Shown piece by piece: positions 1-10,688 of a DNA stretch of 64,000 bases. Both the position numbers and the translations under genes were made by a program. Numbering within the stretch: the stretch's first letter is position 1; every line of letters starts with the position of its first letter. Origin of the DNA: an uncultured Gemmatimonadales bacterium (GTDB taxonomy: Bacteria > Gemmatimonadota > Gemmatimonadetes > Longimicrobiales > Gaopeijiaceae); the NCBI GenBank assembly GCA_963809895.1, contig CAWELD010000003.1, forward strand, positions 3,008,001 through 3,072,000. Reading direction: 5' to 3'. The notes beneath the pieces were generated by a model that was not told the origin of the DNA, ran no database searches, and saw only the letters and a program-made list of their open reading frames with translations.

Positions 1-1770
1 CTCCTCTTCCAGCTTCTCACGGGCGTGCTTCCCTACTCCCGCCGCGGCCCAGACTCGGTCCTGGAACGGGTGATCCGGGGAGCCGAGCCCACGGCTCCGT
101 CCGAAGCCGTCCGGCGTCTGTCCGAGCCGGAGGCCACAGCGGAGGTCGGCGACTCCGTCTTCAAGGCACGGAGCACGACGGCGGCGGCGCTGCGGCGCAC
201 GTTGGACGGTGATCTGGACGCCATCCTGCTCCATGGACTCCGCAGCCGACCCGAAGACCGCTACGGGTCGGCGGCCGCGCTGCGCGACGACCTGGAGCGC
301 TATCTCTCCGGCGCGGCGGTTACGGTACGGGGCGACCTCATCCTCTATCGGGCCCGCAAGTTCGCGCGCCGCCATCGGGTGTCGGTGGGTGCCGCCGCTG
401 CGCTGTTCCTGGTGGTCACGGGCTCCGCCGTCGGCCTGGGCCTGCAGCGCCGGGCGGTGGTGGCCGAGCGCAACCGTGCCGAGGCGGCGGCCGCCGCCGC
501 GAGCCGTGAAGCCGAGACCTCGCGCCAGGTCACCGCGTTCCTGGTGGGGCTCTTCAAGGGCAGCGACCCCCGGGAGCAGTTGGGAGACACGGTCACGGCC
601 CGCGCCCTTCTCGAGCGGGGCGCCGCTCGTGTGGACGTCGAGCTCGCGGACCAGCCGGCGGTCCGGGTCGCGCTGCTGGAGGCGCTGGGGCAGGTGTACA
701 CCAACCTCGGATCGTACGACCGCGCAACCGAGCTCCTTCAGGAGGCCACCGTTCTGCGTCGGGATTCCATCGAGGGACGCCCGGGGTTGGCCGCGAGCAT
801 GCTGCTCCTGGCCGACGCGCAGCGCATGGCGCGGGCGTATCGGGACGCGCGTGAGACCTATGGTGCGGCGATTCGTCATGCTCTGGAGTCGGCCGACAGC
901 GCGACCCTGGGCCTGGCACGCCTGGGACTCGGGGCGACCTTCGTGATGATGGAGCAGCCCGATTCGGCCGAGACGGAGCTGCAGGCGGGCCTGGATCTAC
1001 TGACGGCGACCGACGCCCGCGACGAGACCGTATCTCTCAACGCGCAGACGACGCTGGCGGGGCTCCTTCGGCGCAAGGGAGATCTGGAAGGCTCCGAGCG
1101 GCTCTACCGCTCCGTCGCCGCGCGCCGCCGAGCCATGGAGCCCAGGGACCCGGTGGCGCTGGCCACCGTCCTCAACAACCTCGCGGTCTTGCGGCGCCGA
1201 CAGGGAGACCTCGCCGGAGCGGCCTCGCTCTACCGCGAAGCCATGGACCTCGACGCCGCCGTGCTCGGACCCGGCCACCCGACCTCGCTCATGCTCGCGG
1301 GCAACCTCGCCGGGACCTTGAGCGCCCAGGGCCGTTGGGACGAGAGCCTGGCCGTCTACCGCGCTCGCGTGGACGCCGCGCGTGAGCGCTGGCCCGACGG
1401 CCACTGGCAGACGGCGTCGGCACTCATGAATCTCGGCGCGGCGCTGGTCACGAACGACCGCCCCGCCGACGCGCTTTCTCCGCTGTCCGAGGCCGTGGAC
1501 ATGGCCATCGAGCAGATGGGCGCGCGCCACAGCTGGACCAACGTCTACCGGGGGTGGCTCGGATCAGCGGCGGCGCTCACCGGGCGCGCCGAGGCTGCGG
1601 ACCAACTGTTCCAGTGGAGTCTGGAAGGGCTGTCCAGCTACGAGGGGCTCGGGAGCGATCAGACCGTGAAATCGATGCTCGAGTCCCTGATCCGGACCCT
1701 GGACGCCAAGGGCCTCGCCACGCAGGTGACGGACTACCGAGCGATTCTGGAGGCGGCGGGGGGGCCCTGA
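1..1770 (+). CDS. Ser/Thr protein kinase with TM helix and TPR repeats (5' end outside window)
   Basis: Frame is open from base 1 (LLFQLLTGVLPY, kinase C-lobe). It has the 'LDGDLDAILL..L...PEDRYGSAAALRDDLERYL' motif of ECF-associated kinases, a TM segment, then TPR-like repeats (LNNLAVL, GPGHP, LMNLG). Confidence 0.9.
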   Translation, partial: LLFQLLTGVLPYSRRGPDSVLERVIRGAEPTAPSEAVRRLSEPEATAEVGDSVFKARSTTAAALRRTLDGDLDAILLHGLRSRPEDRYGSAAALRDDLERYLSGAAVTVRGDLILYRARKFARRHRVSVGAAAALFLVVTGSAVGLGLQRRAVVAERNRAEAAAAAASREAETSRQVTAFLVGLFKGSDPREQLGDTVTARALLERGAARVDVELADQPAVRVALLEALGQVYTNLGSYDRATELLQEATVLRRDSIEGRPGLAASMLLLADAQRMARAYRDARETYGAAIRHALESADSATLGLARLGLGATFVMMEQPDSAETELQAGLDLLTATDARDETVSLNAQTTLAGLLRRKGDLEGSERLYRSVAARRRAMEPRDPVALATVLNNLAVLRRRQGDLAGAASLYREAMDLDAAVLGPGHPTSLMLAGNLAGTLSAQGRWDESLAVYRARVDAARERWPDGHWQTASALMNLGAALVTNDRPADALSPLSEAVDMAIEQMGARHSWTNVYRGWLGSAAALTGRAEAADQLFQWSLEGLSSYEGLGSDQTVKSMLESLIRTLDAKGLATQVTDYRAILEAAGGP

Positions 1771-1822
1771 ACCGTCGCCCGAGCGCTGGCCTCACGGGCC
1801 TCGGGGTACCTTCGGGCGGCAG

Positions 1823-3130
1823 TCACCCGCTCCGCTCCGCCAGCACCGAGCCGTACGGATGGAACCCCGCCCGCCGTGCCACCGCCCACCCCACCACCAC
1901 CCCGGCGGCCTGCACCAGCAGATCGGTGGAATCCAACAAGCGCCCCGCCACCAGCACCTGGCTCAGCTCGGTTGCCGCCGCCAGGTAGACCCCGGGCCAG
2001 AACAGCCCCAGGAATCCGCGGCGCCTCAGCGGCCAGACGGCCAGCAGAGCTCCCAGCGGCAGATACAAGAAGAAGGGCGACACCACGTCCACCACGCTGA
2101 ACATATCCACCCGCGCTCCCAGGAACCGCAGCGGAATCCACCACTTGTCGGTGAGCTTGCCCACGACTGCGGCCCATGACGTCTCGGGCGTGTACGGTCG
2201 CAGCGCCCACAGCAGCAGGACGGGCGCGTAGATCGCCAGGAGCCACACCGGCCGCTGGGACCCCCGTAGTCGTCTGGTCGCCCTCGGCAGGCCCCACGCC
2301 GCCAGGGCGCCGCCCGCGGCGACGCCGCCCGCGTGTGCCACCACCGCGCCCAGCTCCAGCGGCAAGCCCAGAAAGCCGTGGAGGAATTCCACCAGGACGG
2401 CCAGTCCGGCACCACCCAGCGCGACGGCACCCGCGCTCCGACGGTAGCTCCAGCCCGTCTCGGCCAGCGCCGCCACCGCGAACGCGCCGGCCGGGGCGAA
2501 CAGCAGCACGTCGGTGAAGGGGATGCGCGTGAGCGAGCTCCACTCGAACATGGACCAGACGACACGGAAGCGCCCGAGGGGACCACCCCACACATTGGGC
2601 CGGAGCTCCTGGCGGAAGAGCGGCGTGAACGCCTCGCCGGCGCACGAGATCCCGTAGCTCGCGGCGAAAGCCAGCGCGGGAATCCCCACGAAGGACCGCC
2701 CGCCCCGGCGCCGCGCGGCGAGCACCACCAGAGCGACCAGTCCCAGCGCGCCCACCAGTGCTCCCAGTGTGTTGCTCACCACGTCCAGCACGCTGGCCGT
2801 CCGCGTCGGCGAGAACAGCTGGGCGACCTCGACGAAGGTGCTGATGAGCGCGCCCGACAGCACCGCGTTGCGAAGGGCGACCGCACTCCGGCCGGCGGGC
2901 GCGGTGACCATCCACACCAGCCCCCACCCGGCGAACAGCGCGACGTTGCGGGCGCCGTCGATCACGTCCCGCGGCGAGAACGACGGGTGCAGCATGCGCC
3001 GCAATCCCGCCACGCTGCCCAGACTGAGGTCCAGACGCATGGACGACAGCGTCGCCAACAGGAGGAGCCCCAGATAGGCGAGCCTGGTAGGCAGACGGCT
3101 CCGTTCGAGTTGTCGGGCGAGATCGGCCAT
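1823..3130 (-). CDS. VanZ family membrane protein (two VanZ-like modules)
   Basis: Multi-TM protein with VanZ motifs 'RNVALFAGWG...EVAQLFSPTRTASVLDVVSNTLG' and a second 'FFLYLPLG...ELSQVLVAGRLLDSTDLL'. Confidence 0.8.
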   Translation of the reverse strand: MADLARQLERSRLPTRLAYLGLLLLATLSSMRLDLSLGSVAGLRRMLHPSFSPRDVIDGARNVALFAGWGLVWMVTAPAGRSAVALRNAVLSGALISTFVEVAQLFSPTRTASVLDVVSNTLGALVGALGLVALVVLAARRRGGRSFVGIPALAFAASYGISCAGEAFTPLFRQELRPNVWGGPLGRFRVVWSMFEWSSLTRIPFTDVLLFAPAGAFAVAALAETGWSYRRSAGAVALGGAGLAVLVEFLHGFLGLPLELGAVVAHAGGVAAGGALAAWGLPRATRRLRGSQRPVWLLAIYAPVLLLWALRPYTPETSWAAVVGKLTDKWWIPLRFLGARVDMFSVVDVVSPFFLYLPLGALLAVWPLRRRGFLGLFWPGVYLAAATELSQVLVAGRLLDSTDLLVQAAGVVVGWAVARRAGFHPYGSVLAERSG

Positions 3131-3148
3131 GGAGATCAGGCGGTCACA

Positions 3149-3183
3149 CCGCCGGGGGCGGCCCGAACGGGCTCCCCCGGCGG
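3149..3183 (-). terminator. GC-rich hairpin just downstream of icd (possible terminator or stabiliser)
   Basis: CCGCCGGGGG...CCCCCGGCGG inverted repeat about 10 bp after the icd stop codon. There is no U-tract. Confidence 0.35.
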
Positions 3184-3193
3184 CGCGCCGGCG

Positions 3194-5419
<2,226 letters not shown>

Positions 5420-5480
5420 GGAGTTCGCTGTTGTGAGGGCTCGATTCGTGGCGTGAGAGGGAGCCGCCAGCGGGCCACGT

Positions 5481-5489
5481 AATGTAGCA
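5481..5489 (-). promoter_or_regulatory. Possible extended -10 promoter of icd (TGcTACATT)
   Basis: Minus strand reads TGCTACATT about 60 bp upstream of the icd ATG, an AT-rich patch in a GC-rich context. Confidence 0.3.
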
Positions 5490-5618
5490 GGTCGGGCGGG
5501 CCGTCGCGGGGGCGCCCGCCGCACCTGTCCGGGAACCGCACCGGGCCGTATCGTCCCAGAATCGACGACGGGATCCGCCCACGGGTCCCCGGAGACGCAC
5601 CGACGGCCGGGAGGGCGC

Positions 5619-6473
5619 ATGCGCTGGCGCCAGAGCAGGCAGAGTGGAAACGTCGAGGATCGACGCGGACGGCGCGTCGCCGGCGGCGTGAAGATCGGCG
5701 GAGCGGGCCTGGTGATCCTGGTCGCGGTGATGCTCCTCGGAGGAGACCCCAGCCAGGTGCTGCAAGTCCTGGAGGGCACCGGAGGCGGGGCCGCCGTCCC
5801 TGAAGAGCCCGCAGGACCCCCCCAGGACGAGACGGGCCGTTTCCTGAGCGCGGTCCTGGGGATGACCGAGGACGTGTGGAGCGAGATCTTCGCCGAGGCC
5901 GGCGCACGGTATCGGCCTCCCACCATGGTGCTCTTCACCGACGCCGTGCAGTCGGCGTGCGGTCTCAGCAGCGCCGCCACCGGTCCCTTCTACTGTCCCG
6001 GTGACGAGAAGCTCTACCTGGACACGGGATTCTTCGCCGAGCTGGCCGCCATGGGCGGTCCGGGCGATTTCGCCCAGGCCTACGTCATCGGCCACGAGGT
6101 GGGGCACCACGTGCAGAACCTCACGGGCACCTTCGATCGCGTGCGCCGCCTGCAGGACCGGGCGGGAAGTCAGGCCGAGGCCAACCGGCTACAGGTCCTC
6201 ACCGAGCTCCAGGCCGATTGCTATGCCGGCGTCTGGGCCTACCACGCGAATGCCCGGGCGCACGTCCTGGAGGAGGGCGACGTGGACGAGGGCCTGGCCG
6301 CTGCCGCCGCCATCGGCGACGACCGACTCCAGTCCCGCGCCGGACGCGAAGTCGCTCCCGAGTCCTTCACCCACGGCACCTCGGCCGAGCGGCAGCGGTG
6401 GCTGCGCGTGGGGATCACGAGCGGCAGCGTGGACCGCTGCGACACCTTCGCCGAGACCAGAAGGGGGCCGTAG
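5619..6473 (+). CDS. ypfJ: Neutral zinc metallopeptidase (YpfJ / Zn_peptidase family)
   Basis: [14 protein letters not shown] start, [24 protein letters not shown] zinc motif, [26 protein letters not shown] upstream. Confidence 0.92.
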   Translation: MRWRQSRQSGNVEDRRGRRVAGGVKIGGAGLVILVAVMLLGGDPSQVLQVLEGTGGGAAVPEEPAGPPQDETGRFLSAVLGMTEDVWSEIFAEAGARYRPPTMVLFTDAVQSACGLSSAATGPFYCPGDEKLYLDTGFFAELAAMGGPGDFAQAYVIGHEVGHHVQNLTGTFDRVRRLQDRAGSQAEANRLQVLTELQADCYAGVWAYHANARAHVLEEGDVDEGLAAAAAIGDDRLQSRAGREVAPESFTHGTSAERQRWLRVGITSGSVDRCDTFAETRRGP

Positions 6474-6550
6474 CTCCGCGATGGTTTCTCACCACCGTGG
6501 GCTTCACGTCGGTGGCCTGCGACTCCACCCTGGATCGGGTCAGCAGGCTC

Positions 6551-7237
6551 CTACACGAGCCTCTCGCGCAGCGCGCGCCCCACGGCCTCGGCCACGTTGT
6601 TCACCTGAAGCTTCCGGTAGACGGCCCTGATATGGGACCGCACGGTGTCGATGCTGATGTCGAGAACGCGGGCCACGGCCTTGTAGCTCATCCCCTGGAC
6701 CAGGCATGACAGGACCTCTCGCTCGCGGGGCGTGAGCTCGACTTCGTCCGGCGAGCCAGCGGCCGCGGGCCCAAGCTGCCGCACGATCTCCAGCACGGTG
6801 CGAGCGACGCCCGCAGACAGGGGCGATCCCCCAGCCATCACCGAGCGGAGCTGCGCCAACAGGTCCTGGGCGGGCACCCGCTTCAGCAGGTAGCCGTCCG
6901 CGCCCGCCGAGATCGCCTCCACCAGCCGGGCCCGATCCTCGAACACGGTCAGGACCACGACGGCGACCTCGGGCAATATGGTCTTGATCCGGCGAGTGCA
7001 TTCGATTCCGGTCATGCCCGGCAGCTCCAGGTCCATGAGCACCAGATCAGGAACCGCGTGGTCTGCGCCGGTCCTCTGGGCGCGGGCGATCGTGGCCAGG
7101 GCCGCGGCGGGATCCGGAAACGACCCCGCAATGGTGAAGCTCGTGGCATGGTCAAGCAGCTTCTCGAGACTGGCGCGATAGCGCGCGTCGTCCTCGATGG
7201 TGACGACACGGACGGGTGTCTCGGTTGGCGGCGACAT
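6551..7237 (-). CDS. NarL/LuxR family DNA-binding response regulator
   Basis: Receiver domain (IEDD, LMDLELPGMTG, GADGYLLK) plus LuxR HTH (LTPREREVL..G.SYK.VA..L.ISIDTVRSHI). Start at 7237 or 7246. Confidence 0.95.
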   Translation of the reverse strand: MSPPTETPVRVVTIEDDARYRASLEKLLDHATSFTIAGSFPDPAAALATIARAQRTGADHAVPDLVLMDLELPGMTGIECTRRIKTILPEVAVVVLTVFEDRARLVEAISAGADGYLLKRVPAQDLLAQLRSVMAGGSPLSAGVARTVLEIVRQLGPAAAGSPDEVELTPREREVLSCLVQGMSYKAVARVLDISIDTVRSHIRAVYRKLQVNNVAEAVGRALRERLV

Positions 7238-7255
7238 GCGTCGCAATCTGACCCT

Positions 7256-10200
7256 TCAGCGGGCGTGGGGCGCTCGCATGATCATGCGAGTCAAGCCACG
7301 GGCGCTGGCGAGAAGGCGGCGGACCAGGCCGACGTCCGGACCACCCTCGGGATGGAAGCGGACCGTCACCGTGGTACCGTGGGCGCGGTCACCGGTCACC
7401 GTCAACGTGGCCGCGATTTCCTCCGCGCGGCGAGCCATGCCGTCGAGTCCATGGCCGCGGTTCGGGACGGCGCTGTCGTACGCCTCCGTCGTCAGACCGG
7501 CGCCGTCGTCGCGCACCGTGAGCTCCCAGGCCTGACGACCGCTCGGCAAGAACGACAGGTCCACATGTCGGGCGCCGGAGTGCCGGGCGGCGTTGTGCAA
7601 CGCCTCGAGCCCGATGAGGAGCACGTTCCGCCGGACCGCGACCTCTGAACGCACGGAAGGCCACTCGTCGGGAAAGCGCGCCTGGAAGAGCGCCCCGTCG
7701 GCGAAGAGGCGTTCCCCGTGCTCGGCCAAGCGCGTGGCGAGTTCCTCCAGGGTGGCGGTGCGGGGGTCCAGCGACCAGACGATGTCCGACAGACTATGCC
7801 CCAGCTCCTCCGCCACGTCGGCGATCTCCCGGGCTGTCCGCCGGCGCTCCTCGCCTCTCAGATCGCCTTCCGCGATGACGCCCGAAAGGATCCCCACGCT
7901 CGCCAGGCCCGAGCCGACCTGATCGTGCAGATCCATGGCGATGCGGGTGCGCTGTCGCTCGAGGCCCAGGAGGTACCCCACCCGAGCGCGGTAGATGAGC
8001 ATGGCCACACCCGTGACTGTGAGGCTCATCAGTCCAATGAACCACCATGTGCCATACCACGGCGGCTGCACGATGAACGAGAATCGCGCCGCGGTCGACG
8101 ACCAGACGACGCCATCGTGCGACGCGCGGTACTCCACCTGGTAGCTCCCGGCCGGCAGGTCGACCCAGCGATAGAACGGCGCGCTACCGGACTCGGACCA
8201 GGGCCGATCCGGCCCCAGACGAACCTCCTGTCGCAGGCCGGTCCGATCGCGGAAGGAGAGCGCGGCAAAGCGTAATTCAAGGCGGTTCCGTTCGTGGGGG
8301 AGGATCAGGGACCGGTCCAGTGGGAACGGTTGACCGTCGACGCGTCCGTCCACCAGCGCGACAGGCGGAACGGGTGGGGTGTCGAACCGAGCTGCGACTG
8401 GAACGCGCGCCACCCCCCGGTTCGTGGCGAGCCAGATGTCGCCGTCCTCGCTCTCCACCAGATCGCTCGCACCGCCTGGGGGCACTCCCTGCCATGCCGA
8501 AAGCTCCTCCAGCACCTCCACGCCGCTCTCCCCTGAGGGCCGAGCCCGGAGAACTCCGGCACCGACGATCCATATGCCACCCCGCCGCGAGGGCACGACC
8601 TTGAACACGGTGCGCGTCGGGAACCCATCGATGAGCACGGGCGTCCACCGCTGGCCATCGAAGGCGTACAAACCCGACTGATCCGCTGACGCCCACAGAC
8701 GCCCGTCCGGGAGTTCGACCATGCTCGTGAGTTTCGCGGAGCCTGGCCCGTGCGCGCACGACCACGCGGAGTCGCGCTGGGCGAGGAGCGCGGCGCCTTG
8801 CGCGTGACACAGCCAGAGGCCGGCGCGGAGCCACAGCCGGTCGTGGCTGTCCTGAAGCAGCGCCATGTGCGGATCCTGCGAACCGGGCATGGGTTGCGGG
8901 AAGACGCGCTGGCCTTCCCGTCGACCGTGAACGTAGATCACCTGAGTAGGTGTGCCCAGCCACATGCCACCGTCCCGACCCTGCGTGCATCCGTCTACCT
9001 GCCCCGCCGGCAGGTCGGCTCTCGGCGTCACGGCCGTACCGTGAATCTCCAGGATCAATCCGTCGTCGGTCGCCGTCCACGCCGTCCCATCCTGTTCCGT
9101 ACAGATCCTCGACCGGCTCTCCCAGGTGGGGCCGTCGACCCGCCATCCCTCCTCCTCCCGGCGAATGGTATTCGGTCGGCCCCAGGTCATGACCCACAGC
9201 GTGTTCTCGCTGCGGGCCAGGAAACGGGTGTGCCGCGAACTCAACCCCTCCCGCTCGGAGAGAAGCCACGTGTCCGGCTCCGGGTACTGGTGGAGCCCGA
9301 TATAGGAGCCCAGCCAGAGGCTTCCCTCGCGGTCCACGAGCAGGGGTCCGCCCGACTCCAGTCCCTGCGCTGTCCCCATGACCTCCAGCTCTCCTCCCGG
9401 CCGCAGGGCGGCGAGAAAGCGGTCCACCGCCACCCAGACCGTGCCGCGCCGCTCGACGAGTCCGATGGCACGAGATTCCCACAACGGACCGGGGTCCGGA
9501 AGGAGTTCCCGCTCACCGGTCTCCGACACCTCGACGACCCGCGGGGACCGGAGCGACGTGACGTTGACGAGGATCAGGATTCGGCCGGCCTCGGGCTCCA
9601 CGGCGTCGGTGATGACGGCACCCTCGAAGAGGCGCTCCGGCGCCGAGTCCGACCGTACCCGCCACAGTCCTTCCCACGTGGCCACGAGGGCGCCACCGAA
9701 TCGGGTGGGTGCCACGAGGCGGGGGATCTCACCGCCGAAGGCTTCCGGCGCCAGGGAATCCCAGCCGTTTGACGACCGATAGACGACCATGTCCCCATAC
9801 AGCATCCACAGCGTCCCCTCGTTGCTCCAGGCCAGGGAGCCGTCGGCCCGCACCTCCTGCTCGCTCGGGGGCCAGGGCATGGGCACCGCTCGCACGCCGC
9901 TGCCGGTCACCTCGTACAGTCGGCCCTCGCCGTCCACGGCGGCCACGCGACCCTCCACCGAAACCGCCAGGTCCCGTACCGGGATGCCGATCTCCTGAGG
10001 AGCCCAGGGTCGGATTTCGCTGCCGTCGAAGCGATACAGTCCGCCCTCGGCGCCGATCCAGATGAACCCCAGACTATCCTGAACCAGCGCCCACACGGGC
10101 GGCGCCTTCAGACCGTTTTCCTGCGCGAATGTGCGCATGAATCGGTCCTGGCCCGAGAGCGGGTCGGGGTAGGCCGCCAGGTACGCGACCTCGACCCACA

Positions 10201-10345
10201 CTGCCGCCACCAGCAGGAGCGGGCGTGTGAGACGGCTGAGGCCCGAGAGGGGGACCACCTGCGACCTCGCGAACGGGAGGATCGACAACGAACTCCGGAT
10301 ACGTTCGGGAAGGACAACGTGCGACCGCAAGATGGAGCCACTCAC
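7256..10345 (-). CDS. Sensor histidine kinase: periplasmic beta-propeller + Y_Y_Y domain + HisKA_3/HATPase
   Basis: Reg_prop-type repeats (QDSLGFIWIG, DREGSLWLG, EDGDIWLAT), PPWYGTWWF TM, IAMDLHDQVGSGL H-box, EALHNAARHSGA, DDGAG, GHGLDGM. The true start may be somewhat downstream of 10345. Confidence 0.92.
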   Translation of the reverse strand: MSGSILRSHVVLPERIRSSLSILPFARSQVVPLSGLSRLTRPLLLVAAVWVEVAYLAAYPDPLSGQDRFMRTFAQENGLKAPPVWALVQDSLGFIWIGAEGGLYRFDGSEIRPWAPQEIGIPVRDLAVSVEGRVAAVDGEGRLYEVTGSGVRAVPMPWPPSEQEVRADGSLAWSNEGTLWMLYGDMVVYRSSNGWDSLAPEAFGGEIPRLVAPTRFGGALVATWEGLWRVRSDSAPERLFEGAVITDAVEPEAGRILILVNVTSLRSPRVVEVSETGERELLPDPGPLWESRAIGLVERRGTVWVAVDRFLAALRPGGELEVMGTAQGLESGGPLLVDREGSLWLGSYIGLHQYPEPDTWLLSEREGLSSRHTRFLARSENTLWVMTWGRPNTIRREEEGWRVDGPTWESRSRICTEQDGTAWTATDDGLILEIHGTAVTPRADLPAGQVDGCTQGRDGGMWLGTPTQVIYVHGRREGQRVFPQPMPGSQDPHMALLQDSHDRLWLRAGLWLCHAQGAALLAQRDSAWSCAHGPGSAKLTSMVELPDGRLWASADQSGLYAFDGQRWTPVLIDGFPTRTVFKVVPSRRGGIWIVGAGVLRARPSGESGVEVLEELSAWQGVPPGGASDLVESEDGDIWLATNRGVARVPVAARFDTPPVPPVALVDGRVDGQPFPLDRSLILPHERNRLELRFAALSFRDRTGLRQEVRLGPDRPWSESGSAPFYRWVDLPAGSYQVEYRASHDGVVWSSTAARFSFIVQPPWYGTWWFIGLMSLTVTGVAMLIYRARVGYLLGLERQRTRIAMDLHDQVGSGLASVGILSGVIAEGDLRGEERRRTAREIADVAEELGHSLSDIVWSLDPRTATLEELATRLAEHGERLFADGALFQARFPDEWPSVRSEVAVRRNVLLIGLEALHNAARHSGARHVDLSFLPSGRQAWELTVRDDGAGLTTEAYDSAVPNRGHGLDGMARRAEEIAATLTVTGDRAHGTTVTVRFHPEGGPDVGLVRRLLASARGLTRMIMRAPHAR
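7273..7290. promoter_or_regulatory. Perfect 18-bp palindrome, putative response-regulator binding site
   Basis: CTCGCATGATCATGCGAG, about 35 bp upstream of the response regulator start. A near copy lies at 10341-10358. Confidence 0.55.
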
Positions 10346-10358
10346 ATGATCATGCGAT
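10341..10358. promoter_or_regulatory. Second copy of the palindromic site (16/18 match)
   Basis: CTCACATGATCATGCGAT at the 5' end of the kinase gene. Confidence 0.55.
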
Positions 10359-10445
10359 GGCGCCGCAGCAGTCTGCGCGGCCGCCTGAAACCTCCAGTCA
10401 CCCCCGGATACTGGAGCGCACCCAGACCGTCCTGCGAGTGGAGCA

Positions 10446-10631
10446 GTGCGCGACGGTCTCGACGAGGAGTTGGCCTACACCAGCGTCCTCTCGGTTCTCC
10501 TGCTCCTGGAGCGGAACGGCCACGTGGACCATCTGGTGGAGTCCCAGGGGCTCAGTGCACACGACGTGGAGCGGATCCGGGCAATCCTGGATGGGCAGGA
10601 AGACGACAACGGCAATGGCGAGGGGGGATGA
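10446..10631 (+). CDS. Small acidic hypothetical protein (possibly the 3' part of a frameshifted ORF)
   Basis: 61-aa ORF with protein-like helical composition and GC3-rich codons, filling the gap between the kinase and CocE genes. The start is weak. Confidence 0.4.
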   Translation: MRDGLDEELAYTSVLSVLLLLERNGHVDHLVESQGLSAHDVERIRAILDGQEDDNGNGEGG

Positions 10632-10688
10632 CGACGGTGGCGTGCCCGGTGCCGGAACCGCCACGCTGAGGGGCCGCGCCGACGATGC

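Noticed and set aside
1823..3130. Vancomycin-resistance interpretation of the VanZ gene
   Set aside because: VanZ-like domains are widespread and no van cluster genes are present.
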